A DNA stretch of 41,469 nt, from contig JAZDKT010000078.1 of assembly GCA_043802685.1 (NCBI GenBank), forward strand, positions 1-41,469, in the 5' to 3' direction. The position numbers and the translations under genes are program-made. Below are positions 24,307 through 32,873 of this stretch, piece after piece. How positions within the stretch are numbered: position 1 is the first letter of the stretch; each line of letters begins with the position of its first letter. The DNA comes from Candidatus Falkowbacteria bacterium (lineage in GTDB: Bacteria > Patescibacteriota > Patescibacteriia > Patescibacteriales > VMTK01). Under the pieces are notes generated by a model that saw only the letters and a list, made by a program, of their open reading frames with translations, was not told the origin of the DNA and ran no database searches.

Positions 24307-24618
24307 TTACTGTTTAGTATTGAATTTAAGCTGTTTTTCCGGCTTTTTCGCCATCTTCCTTGCCCTAACATAATCTTCTTCTATCTCTATCTTTTTGGCT
24401 CGCGAACTTAAATAAGAATCGGTTTCCCACCAATCAATTCCCATTTCCTTAGCTTTATCCACTGAAGCTATCATTAACCTAATTTTAATTGTGAGCAACT
24501 CCACATCAGCAAGTTTAATCTGGATGTCGCCGGCAATAACAATGCCTTTGTCTAAAACGCGCTCTAAAATATCAGCTAAATTCGTAGCTTCTATACCATG
24601 GCTAATTTGTTCTGACAT
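24307..24618 (-). CDS. GvpA-family minor gas vesicle protein (GvpJ/GvpM/GvpS-like)
   Basis: LADILERVLDKGIVIAGDIQIKLADVELLTIKIRLMIASVDKAKEMG is the GvpA/J/M core (alpha-beta-beta-alpha) signature. Confidence 0.75.
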   Translation of the reverse strand: MSEQISHGIEATNLADILERVLDKGIVIAGDIQIKLADVELLTIKIRLMIASVDKAKEMGIDWWETDSYLSSRAKKIEIEEDYVRARKMAKKPEKQLKFNTKQ

Positions 24619-24662
24619 AAATTTTTTTTAATATTTATAATTGTTTAGTCCTAATAATTTTA

Positions 24663-25238
24663 TTACATTAAATTGCCCAGGGGTCCTAAATCTAAATTCA
24701 ATTCTTCATCTTCAATTCCAAAAACCGTTTTTAGCTCCTGCATTTTCTTCTCCATGGCTTTAAAAGTCATTCCTAACTTTTGAATTTCCGTATTAGAAAG
24801 AGATCCTTTTTGCATCCGCCTAATAACCTCTTTTTCCATTAACCTCCTTAATAACTCCACGAGAGTTAAAACTAATTTTGCTATGCCTTGTTCCGCTTTT
24901 TGGGGATTATCAGCATCAATGAGCTTGGGAATACTTGCTTCTGCCCTCTTTATTTCTTGCTCCAGCTTGGCAATATATTCTAAATCTTCCTTGGTTGGTT
25001 CTCGGCTGGGATAATAATCAGTCCCGGCGCTTTTCCAATTTTTACCGGACATTTCCTCTACTTTAGAAATAGAGGTTAGAAGAACTCTTAATCCTAAATA
25101 TATAAGATCTACATCAGCTACTCTTATTGCTACATCCCCGTTTATCACAGCCCCTTTTTCAAGAACTTTATCTAAAGCATCAATAAGAGTTACTCGCTGT
25201 TCTTTTGGTTTGGATAAAATTATTAGTGTATTTGCCAT
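24663..25238 (-). CDS. apparent fusion of a GvpJ/M-like (GvpA-family) domain and a GvpK-like domain
   Basis: aa ~15-62, TLIDALDKVLEKGAVINGDVAIRVADVDLIYLGLRVLLTSISKVEEM, is the GvpA-family core. aa ~113-175, QKAEQGIAKLVLTLVELLRRLMEKEVIRRMQKGSLSNTEIQKLG, is the GvpK signature (GLA.LVLT.VELLR.L.E+QA.RR...G.L). Confidence 0.7.
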   Translation of the reverse strand: MANTLIILSKPKEQRVTLIDALDKVLEKGAVINGDVAIRVADVDLIYLGLRVLLTSISKVEEMSGKNWKSAGTDYYPSREPTKEDLEYIAKLEQEIKRAEASIPKLIDADNPQKAEQGIAKLVLTLVELLRRLMEKEVIRRMQKGSLSNTEIQKLGMTFKAMEKKMQELKTVFGIEDEELNLDLGPLGNLM

Positions 25239-26071
25239 TTAATAAAATTGTAAGGCGGCCATGGGCCGCTATACTCAAAATTAAAACCTTTAGATTTATA
25301 TTCTTTATTTAATTTATTAATTTCTCTTGCAAAGTCTTTTAATTTTTCTTCTGAAATAAGAAAAATCGCATTTAAAATCATGGGCAAAGATTTACCTGTC
25401 AATTCTTTTTCTAAAATTTTACCTTTGGTTCCAGCAACCGCGCATTCTTTTAAATTTCTAAAAAAACTGTCAATATAATTTTCCAAAGCTCTGTCTGCTT
25501 CCCTTAAAACAGCATCATCTATCTGCTTTTGCATAAAATATGCCGTTCCTTCGGGAAGCAGGGCTATTTCTGTTTCTTTTTCCAGAACCACCGGACTAAC
25601 TCTTTTAACTTCATTACTAAAAGTTTGGCGGTTTAAATACGCCTTTACCGACCACTCTTGTTTTCCTGATAAATTTCTTAGATTTTCTTTGAATTTAAGG
25701 TAATATGTTTTAAGCATTTCCTTTATTTTTTCTTCGCTGTTAAAAATAGCGCCGAATTTCATGGGAATTGCCTCTTTTAATCTTTTATTTTTAAAGGGAT
25801 TCTTTTCTGCTGGAAAAGGAGAAAATTGAAATTCCATCGCTTCCTCTATTACCTGCTCATGAATTTGAGCTTTTTCTTTTACCCATTTTAAATTTTCTTG
25901 CGCTTTATTTTGAATTTCTTTTGAGCTGAATTCCTTTAAAGAAACATTGCTAACCACTGCTTCTAAATCCCTGAAAAAGACAGTAAAAACTTGACCCCTA
26001 TCAATTCCTTCTGCGGAAAATTTGGAATTAGTTTTTGCTCTAACGCAATAGAGATATAATCCCTGTTTCAT
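25223..26071 (-). CDS. GvpF/GvpL family protein
   Basis: N-terminal GLYLYCV start, the A.VS pattern (LEAVVSNV), and the C-terminal FEYSGPWPPYNF motif, as in GvpF/L. Confidence 0.8.
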   Translation of the reverse strand: MKQGLYLYCVRAKTNSKFSAEGIDRGQVFTVFFRDLEAVVSNVSLKEFSSKEIQNKAQENLKWVKEKAQIHEQVIEEAMEFQFSPFPAEKNPFKNKRLKEAIPMKFGAIFNSEEKIKEMLKTYYLKFKENLRNLSGKQEWSVKAYLNRQTFSNEVKRVSPVVLEKETEIALLPEGTAYFMQKQIDDAVLREADRALENYIDSFFRNLKECAVAGTKGKILEKELTGKSLPMILNAIFLISEEKLKDFAREINKLNKEYKSKGFNFEYSGPWPPYNFIKWQIH

Positions 26072-26085
26072 AAAGTTTGAATAGC

Positions 26086-26394
26086 TTATTCTTCGCTGCT
26101 GATTCCAGTATCTACTCTTTTTCGCATTTCTTTTCGCTCATAGCCAAGTAAATTGCCTTTTGCATCTAGCCTAATGTTATAAATTCCTAACACATCCATC
26201 CCGTCCGGGATAGATTTCTTTTCAACAATTTCAACTTTAACTACCCATTCTTCGCCTTCTTTTTTAAATCCTATCCCGGCTGGCGAGGAAAAACCGGTTA
26301 AATCAGCCAGCTGTTTTTTTGCTTTCTCAACAAGCTCTTTCGGCTCAAGATTTGATTTTACATCATTAGAAATGTTCTTTATTGTTTTTGTCAT
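26086..26394 (-). CDS. gvpO: gas vesicle protein GvpO
   Basis: AKKQLADLTGFSSPAGIGFKKEGEEWVVKVEIVEKKSIPDGMDVLGIYNIRLDAKGNLLGYERK parallels haloarchaeal GvpO (A+EQL.ELTG ... GW.V.VEVVE+.R.PD..DV...YEV.LD..GE..GY.R). Confidence 0.75.
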   Translation of the reverse strand: MTKTIKNISNDVKSNLEPKELVEKAKKQLADLTGFSSPAGIGFKKEGEEWVVKVEIVEKKSIPDGMDVLGIYNIRLDAKGNLLGYERKEMRKRVDTGISSEE

Positions 26395-26418
26395 AATAAT
26401 ATAAATTTAATAAATTAT

Positions 26419-26652
26419 TTATTCTCCTATTTTTTCTAAAATCTCTAATCTCTCTAAAATTTCCTCTTCTTCTTTTTGATATTCTGCTTCAGTAATTTCT
26501 TCCATTTCCAAACGCATTTGAATATCCAAAAGCTCTCTCTTGAGTTTTTCAGGAGTATCTGTTAATTCTTCTGCCACCATATCATTAATCTTATGAACAA
26601 CCCCCATAAATCCTCTGGCCGGGAGCAGTAATAAATCATCTATAATAAACAT
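26419..26652 (-). CDS. gvpG: gas vesicle protein GvpG
   Basis: MFIIDDLLLLPARGFMGVVHKINDMVAEEL followed by an acidic coiled coil matches GvpG (MF..DDLL..P...L......). Confidence 0.75.
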   Translation of the reverse strand: MFIIDDLLLLPARGFMGVVHKINDMVAEELTDTPEKLKRELLDIQMRLEMEEITEAEYQKEEEEILERLEILEKIGE

Positions 26653-26655
26653 AAA

Positions 26656-28665
26656 TTATATTCCGTATAATATTTTAGAAAAGCTATGCAATGAATCAAT
26701 TCCTCTAATATCATGCGGTAATAAAGGAACTAAAATTAAATTCTTCAAGGGATATTGTTTTTTAATTATACCCAGATATTTTTCTTGACCTTTTCTTTTG
26801 GCTAAACAGAAATTGCATTTGGAAGCAGGATTTATAAAATTGGCAATAATATAATTATAATTAATATTCATGCTTTCTAAAGATCCGTCCAAATCTTCCA
26901 TTTCTCTTATACCCATCTCCTCCGGAATGGTAATCATTAAAAATTCTGTTTTCGCGGAGCCAAATAAAATTTTCTGAATTTTTCTAATATCTCTGGATAA
27001 ATTTACTGTTTTTTGAGCAATTCCTTCTAATTTTAATCCTTGATATTTGCGAAGTATTTTAAAAATACTTTTAAGCCATTCTCTAACCAAGCCGGGAAGT
27101 TCTAAGAATCTAAGCAAATGGCCGGAAGCGGCTGAATCCAAAACATAAATATCATATTTGCTCCCACCCGCCAAATCCATAACTTTTCTTAAAGCCATTA
27201 GCTCTTCAAGCCCTGGCGGAGAAAGTTCCATCAACTCTTCCATAACCTGCTGATCGTAAACCACTTCTGCTCCCGGTCCTGTAAACTTATTAAATAACTC
27301 CTTAATACTCTCTTTATATTCATCTTTAAAATCTCTAAGACTTTTTTGAGTATCTATTTCTATGGCAAAAAGGTTATTAAAACCTCTGATAGAAACTGCT
27401 TCCGCGGCCAAGGGAATGTCTTGATCAAAAATATTGGAAAGAGCATGAGCCGGATCAGTGGTGGTAATAAGAATTTTTTTTTCTTTATGCTTTTTAGCCA
27501 GTGCCATAGCCGTAGCTGCCGCTATTGAAGTTTTGCCCACTCCTCCTTTCCCGCCGCAGATGACAAAGCTTAAATCCTTTTTTAAAAACTTTGCCATTTT
27601 GCCTTGAGGAATTTCTGGAAATTCAGGCAATTTTTTTGGCAAAATAATCTCAAACTCCTTCTCCGCGAATAAAATCCGAGCGTACTCATTTAAAGAATCT
27701 TGACCCCTAATTTCAGCGGGGAAAAGTGGCATCTTCAAAATCTGATAATCTTTTCCGCCCGAGACGGATCCGCCTTTGGCGGAAAATTTTTCTTCAATCA
27801 TTTTCAGATATTTTTCTTTTTCTTTTATTCTGGAAGCGCAAAGCGAGCATTCTCCTTCAACTGTTGCCATGCGATTAGCAATAATACTTTTTACTGAAAT
27901 TTTCATTATATCCAAATCTTTAACTAATTCCTCTGTCTCTAAAATACTCATTGGTTCGGGAATAGTTACTGGCACAAATTCAGTTGTTTCCTGATTTTTT
28001 AAAAGTTTTTCCACTCTTTCTATATCAGCCAGGGTCTTTGTTAAAAATTTATCACACTCATCATCAATATATTTTCTTCTTATCCGCTTCATAATAAACC
28101 GATGTTTTGCCATCATCAGGTCTGCCGCTTTTATCCATCTTTTCATCGCTTGAGGCAGGGATAAAAGAATCTTAGTGTGCCCGGTAGGAGCGGTATCAAG
28201 AATAATCAGATCATATTCTTTTTCTAAAAGCTCAGCAATTTTAATAATAGCCATTACTTCATCCATGCCTGGCATAGCCAGAGAAGTAAATTGTTCTATG
28301 TCCTCACTGTCAAGATAAGTTCCCCGATCAAGTAAAATTTTTATAGTTTCTGAATGTTGCTTGCGAAAATCTTCCATTAATTCTTTAGCCTCCATCTCAT
28401 AAGCCCAGATATTGTCTTGAATTTTAGTAATTTTATTGCCAACCTCTACATTAAAACTATCGCCAATGGAAGGGGCCGGATCAGTAGAAACTATTAAAAT
28501 TCTTTTGGTCTTGTATTTTTGGCCTAAGTATAAAGCGGTTGCGCAAGCGCAAGTAGTTTTGCCGCTGCCGCCCTTGCCGCCAAAGACAATAAACTTCAAT
28601 CTGTTATTAACAAGAAACTGATTTTTTGCCCTATTAGAAATTTTTGCTGAAATTTCCTTTTTCAT
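26656..28665 (-). CDS. tandem-domain ArsA/Get3-family P-loop ATPase
   Basis: Two deviant Walker A loops (FGGKGGSGKTT and CGGKGGVGKTS). The ArsA signature DTAPTGHT is present in half 1 and is degenerate (DSAASGHL) in half 2. Confidence 0.8.
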   Translation of the reverse strand: MKKEISAKISNRAKNQFLVNNRLKFIVFGGKGGSGKTTCACATALYLGQKYKTKRILIVSTDPAPSIGDSFNVEVGNKITKIQDNIWAYEMEAKELMEDFRKQHSETIKILLDRGTYLDSEDIEQFTSLAMPGMDEVMAIIKIAELLEKEYDLIILDTAPTGHTKILLSLPQAMKRWIKAADLMMAKHRFIMKRIRRKYIDDECDKFLTKTLADIERVEKLLKNQETTEFVPVTIPEPMSILETEELVKDLDIMKISVKSIIANRMATVEGECSLCASRIKEKEKYLKMIEEKFSAKGGSVSGGKDYQILKMPLFPAEIRGQDSLNEYARILFAEKEFEIILPKKLPEFPEIPQGKMAKFLKKDLSFVICGGKGGVGKTSIAAATAMALAKKHKEKKILITTTDPAHALSNIFDQDIPLAAEAVSIRGFNNLFAIEIDTQKSLRDFKDEYKESIKELFNKFTGPGAEVVYDQQVMEELMELSPPGLEELMALRKVMDLAGGSKYDIYVLDSAASGHLLRFLELPGLVREWLKSIFKILRKYQGLKLEGIAQKTVNLSRDIRKIQKILFGSAKTEFLMITIPEEMGIREMEDLDGSLESMNINYNYIIANFINPASKCNFCLAKRKGQEKYLGIIKKQYPLKNLILVPLLPHDIRGIDSLHSFSKILYGI

Positions 28666-29553
28666 ATCTTTAAATGCAATTCTACAAAATTAAAAGCAGG
28701 AATAGGGCCAATATATATAAACTTAATTCTCTTATTGTACTTTTTGATTAAAACATGCACTCTTTTATCAAACTCTCTTTCATTTTTTTTTTGAAACCAA
28801 GAAAGCATAACTGAAAATCATTGAATCTCTCATCGGTTCTAAAAATCTTATCAACTCTCTTTCTTTAAACTTTACCGCTAATTCTTTTAAAGATTTCAAG
28901 AGCTCTCCGGCTTCCCTTTCCCTTTTAGAGTCAACTGCCTTTTGGATTAATTCACCTACGCCGGCAATTCTAAATTGATGGGGATTTTTCTGGGCGTTTC
29001 TTTTTGCAATTTGAATTTCTTGATTCTCCTCAACTATTTCTTGAAAAATACTTGGCATATCTTTCCAAAATGCCCTAATGCCCAATTCTACTCTCCCTTC
29101 CACTATTGGAAATGTTTCTAAAAATTCTTTTCTTTTTGGCTTTAATATTTTTTCTTTAACATCTTCCGCGCTCTTGGCCACTGTGCCAAAACGAACCGGT
29201 AAAACATCATATCCTTGTTTCATCACTTCTTCAATAACCTTTTGATGGCGGGTTAGGTGTTCTTTAATAAAAGAATACTGATCTTTTGCCGTGTCAGTGA
29301 CTGCCATTGCCAATCCTCCTTTATTAATAGTATATACTTCTTTTCCTTCCTGCCCCGTTAGATATTTGTTCTCTTGATTCTTTTTATTCGCTCTTGTAAT
29401 ATCTAACGGGGCTTGCCGCAAAATTTTAAACTTTTGGGGCTTGCTTTCTTTAATAACACAATAAAGATATTTACCCTGATCTGAGTCTGATTGCCCCGCA
29501 GGCCTGTCATTTGGGACTCTGATTTGGGATTTTCCTTTTGCTTCAGCGGCCAT
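28662..29553 (-). pseudogene. GvpF/GvpL family gene interrupted by a +1 frameshift in an A10 run (possibly rescued by slippage)
   Basis: Frame 0 (29553..28780) ends ...IFSYAFLVSKKK-TGA. The +1 frame continues ...NEREFDKRVHVLIKKYNKRIKFIYIGPIPAFNFVELHLKI-TGA. This supplies the conserved GvpF/L C-terminus and ends in an ATGA overlap with the ArsA-like start at 28665. The start is placed at MAAEAKGK (29553), downstream of the preceding gene's stop. Confidence 0.7.
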
Positions 29554-29584
29554 AATTTTAATAATAATTGCTTTATAAAAATCT

Positions 29585-29929
29585 CTATTCTTGCGAAGTT
29601 GGTTTAGCCACAACAATGACCTGTTTTATAGCCACCACCAATCCGGCAGCTGCTATAAAAGCGATAAAATTTTCCAAAATTGAAGCGACTGCCAATGTTA
29701 ATTTTCCAAGCTGTAAACCGCCGACTCCAATTAAAAGCAAGGTGATCACGGCCACAAGAAACGGAATGCTTTCTTTTTCTTTTACATTTAAAAATCCAAC
29801 AATTAAACCTAAAACAAACAGAATAACTAATAGATACGGAATAGCGGCAAAGCCAGCCAGCACTGCAAACGCTATGCCTCCGATTAAAGCCCAGCGGCCA
29901 ATAGTTGTAAGATTATATTTTAATGCCAT
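29585..29929 (-). CDS. small 4-TM membrane protein, hypothetical
   Basis: Four hydrophobic helices (WALIGGIAFAVLAGFAAIPYLLVILFVLGLIVGF...FLVAVITLLLIGV...FIAFIAAAGLVVAI). Confidence 0.5.
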   Translation of the reverse strand: MALKYNLTTIGRWALIGGIAFAVLAGFAAIPYLLVILFVLGLIVGFLNVKEKESIPFLVAVITLLLIGVGGLQLGKLTLAVASILENFIAFIAAAGLVVAIKQVIVVAKPTSQE

Positions 29930-30092
29930 ATTTTTGAGATATTATTTGCCCTGCATTTTTTAAGCATTAAAATGAATAGACTTGCCGCGCAATTAGTCTC
30001 GCAACGCAATTTTATAATGCGAACTCTATAAAGAGTAATGCTTAAAAGATAAGTAGGGGTTATGAATTATAATAAAATTCGACCTTTAAAAA

Positions 30093-31160
30093 TTATTTAA
30101 TAATTAAAGAATTTCTTACATCTTCTTCCTTAAAAGAATATCTTTGATTCCTGTTTTCTCCAAAAAAACTGCCACAGCTTTTGCAATAACTTTTTAGAAT
30201 ACTATAAGCGCGAACTATTTTTTTCATTTGTTCTGCTGTTTCCTGATTATCTTGATGCTTATCCGGATGATATTGATGGGAAAGGGCATAATAAGCCTTT
30301 TTAATTTCTTCGGGACTAGCTTCCTCGCCCAGGCTCAATAATTTTCTTGCTTTATTTATTATTTCAAAATTACCTAAACTAAGATTAATATTAACAAAAC
30401 TATAGGGGGGCATTGGGCCAATATACTTAAACCTTAATTTCCCTTCGTATTTTTTACCCAATTCTTGCATTTTACTATCCAATTCAAACTCTCTGGACTT
30501 CTCTATTAAGAAAGAAAAGTTGGCTATCATGTCCTCGCTGATTAATTTATTTAAGGTGAAGTCATGAGCCATGATTCTTAAGAATGCTTCAATGTTCTTG
30601 ATATTAGTTTGCTTATAAGCTTCTGCCTGCCGCTGGATTAGTCTGCCTAACTTCAATTTAAGCGGCAGACCCAGAATACTTGTTTTGACGGACAACTGCT
30701 GTCTTAGCCCCTGAATTTCTGAATTAGTGTTAACTAATTCTTCAAGCAGCTTTTTTTGATCCCACCAGACTTGAACCGCAAACTCAACCTTGCCTGCTGT
30801 TGTTTTTAAAGCTGTTTTAAATTGAATATAAGCTTTCGCTAAAATACATTTTATTTCTTCATTATTAGGAGCAATAATCCCAAAAGCCATTGGCGCAACA
30901 TTATAATCTTTCATTATTTCTTCATTCACTTGCTGGTGGATGGCAATATGCCTTGTTAGTTCTTTTTTATCTAAACGATCAAAATTAATAACCGGGGTAT
31001 CTGAAACTGCCGCTGCTATATCTTGATAATTGAGAATGTTGATAACTTGATGATTAATTCCAATATAGCTAAGGCCGCTGGCATTGGCTTGGCCGAAAGC
31101 ATCGCGGGCGGCTCTTTTATCTTTATTCTGCTCAATTACGCAATAAATATATTTCCCCAT
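30093..31160 (-). CDS. GvpL/GvpF family protein fused to a C-terminal J-domain
   Basis: GKYIYCV start and the FKYIGPMPPYSF motif (GvpF/L). aa ~265-325, EEIKKAYYALSHQYHPDKHQDNQETAEQMKKIVRAYSILKS, has an intact HPD tripeptide (J-domain, nt about 30186-30368). Confidence 0.75.
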   Translation of the reverse strand: MGKYIYCVIEQNKDKRAARDAFGQANASGLSYIGINHQVINILNYQDIAAAVSDTPVINFDRLDKKELTRHIAIHQQVNEEIMKDYNVAPMAFGIIAPNNEEIKCILAKAYIQFKTALKTTAGKVEFAVQVWWDQKKLLEELVNTNSEIQGLRQQLSVKTSILGLPLKLKLGRLIQRQAEAYKQTNIKNIEAFLRIMAHDFTLNKLISEDMIANFSFLIEKSREFELDSKMQELGKKYEGKLRFKYIGPMPPYSFVNINLSLGNFEIINKARKLLSLGEEASPEEIKKAYYALSHQYHPDKHQDNQETAEQMKKIVRAYSILKSYCKSCGSFFGENRNQRYSFKEEDVRNSLIIK

Positions 31161-31264
31161 TTTTATCTAGTTAGAAAATTTTATTAGACTATGCCAAATT
31201 ATCCATAGCAAGTATTTGCAGATATCGCGAGCAATAGCGAGCCAATATCCGCAAGAGCATCCCA

Positions 31265-32341
31265 TTAATTTGTTCTTTTTCTATCAGCAATAGCGGCGAT
31301 TAACGCTCCTTTGGCAACAGTATAAAGCGGATGCGGAGCCATCCTTACTTCCTTTACTTTTAAAGGAAAACTCGTTTTCCCAAGTATCTCTTTAAACCTT
31401 TCAATAAATCCCTGCGGATTTGCCGTACCTCCTGAAACAATTATCGGAATGGGAGTTTCAAATTCAGGAATTTTGCCCTTTTCTTCAACCTCTTTTTTTA
31501 TTTGATCCAAAACATATTCAATCAGGTGATCATAATAAATAGAAAGGGCATGCTCAGTTTTAGTCATACTGCTTTCGCTCTTTTTAAGATTTAAAAAGTT
31601 TTCCTTAAAGGTAGTAATTTTGCTGATTGGCTCATTGGTAACAATGGCAACTTGTTCATCAATCCAGTCCCCGGCTTTAGCCACGCTGAAAGAAAACACC
31701 GGCGCAGACATTAAGGATAGGCAGACATTAGCCATTCCGCCGCCAAATGATATGCCCATGCCCGTAAAATTATCTTCTGCTAATTCAGAAAAAATTACCG
31801 CTAAACCCTCGTTCAAGGGCTTTGCTTGGTACCCCCATTTTTCAAGAAATCCTTTTATTATATTTTGATGGTAAATATTATCAAAATCCGCGTCAATTGG
31901 AGGGCCGGGAACAGAAAAATAACAAATTTCATTTTTTTCAGCAGGCGGCTCTAAAACGCTTTTTATTATCAATTCAATAATTGGCAATGCTTCGGTTTCT
32001 TTAGCGCTAATTACTCCGCTCTTTAGCGGTCTTCTGGTGTTGCCGCCAAAAACATTAGCAAACTTCATAGCATCGCTTCCCACCACATAAATTTTATCTT
32101 GACCCAGGACATATTTGACATTACTTTTTTCTAATATCCCTTGGGTAAATTCAGAATATTCAACATCGAAAAAAGCATCTCTTTGAGCCCTAAAACTTAC
32201 CTGTGAATTTATTTTTTGAGCGCAGTAAATAAAAGCGGTGCCGACATCTAATCCTTTGCCCATTTGCGGTAAAACCAATTTATTTGTTTTTGTACGATTC
32301 TCTTTAGCCATAGAACCGCGGGCATGTTGTTGTTTTGTCAT
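31265..32341 (-). CDS. actin-fold (MreB/ParM/Hsp70 superfamily) ATPase
   Basis: Phosphate-1 GLDVGTAFI, the MreB-like RPLKSGVIS, phosphate-2 GISFGGGMANVC, and the adenosine motif IIVSGGTANPQGF. Confidence 0.7.
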   Translation of the reverse strand: MTKQQHARGSMAKENRTKTNKLVLPQMGKGLDVGTAFIYCAQKINSQVSFRAQRDAFFDVEYSEFTQGILEKSNVKYVLGQDKIYVVGSDAMKFANVFGGNTRRPLKSGVISAKETEALPIIELIIKSVLEPPAEKNEICYFSVPGPPIDADFDNIYHQNIIKGFLEKWGYQAKPLNEGLAVIFSELAEDNFTGMGISFGGGMANVCLSLMSAPVFSFSVAKAGDWIDEQVAIVTNEPISKITTFKENFLNLKKSESSMTKTEHALSIYYDHLIEYVLDQIKKEVEEKGKIPEFETPIPIIVSGGTANPQGFIERFKEILGKTSFPLKVKEVRMAPHPLYTVAKGALIAAIADRKRTN

Positions 32342-32411
32342 ACTTTTTATTTAATACTTATTTTTTCCTCTTCTTTTTCGACCTTTTCGCCCGGTTAAAA
32401 ATTTACTATTC

Positions 32412-32873
32412 CTATTTATTTCTCATCTTCTCAAAATAATTTCTAACCGGGTTTAAAAAACAAGCCGCCCTCTCAATACTTTGGCCTAAATTTAATTTTT
32501 TCTCTTCCGGCTCAAATTTATTCTCTGGATTTTTACTGCTAACCTTTTTTGCTAAATACTTAAAGTTATCCTCTAACGGCTTTACCTTTAATTTTTTAGG
32601 GAAATAATAAATTACTTTTTCTATATTTTTTTCTTTTTTAAAAACTTTCGGCTTTATTAAACATCTACATTCCAGTTCTTTTATTCCTTTAAAAGCGATC
32701 TTATACCAATCCCGTTTTCCTTTAATCGGCTTAATCCATCCTTTTTTAAATAAACAATCGCAAATATAACGAATGTAATCAATGCCGAATTTTGTCTGGC
32801 TGGAAATTAATTTAATATTGGATTCTTCTTTATTTTCCCAAATTTTTTTTAAAACTTTTAATTCACTATTCAT
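32412..32873 (-). CDS. small putative winged-helix protein, paralog of 36124..36462
   Basis: The N-terminus LKVLKKIWENKEESNIKLISSQTKFGIDYIRYICDCLFKKGWI aligns with RVLEIIWDWGGEASVNIITREANISIDYARLICESLARESCI. Function unknown. Confidence 0.4.
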   Translation of the reverse strand: MNSELKVLKKIWENKEESNIKLISSQTKFGIDYIRYICDCLFKKGWIKPIKGKRDWYKIAFKGIKELECRCLIKPKVFKKEKNIEKVIYYFPKKLKVKPLEDNFKYLAKKVSSKNPENKFEPEEKKLNLGQSIERAACFLNPVRNYFEKMRNK

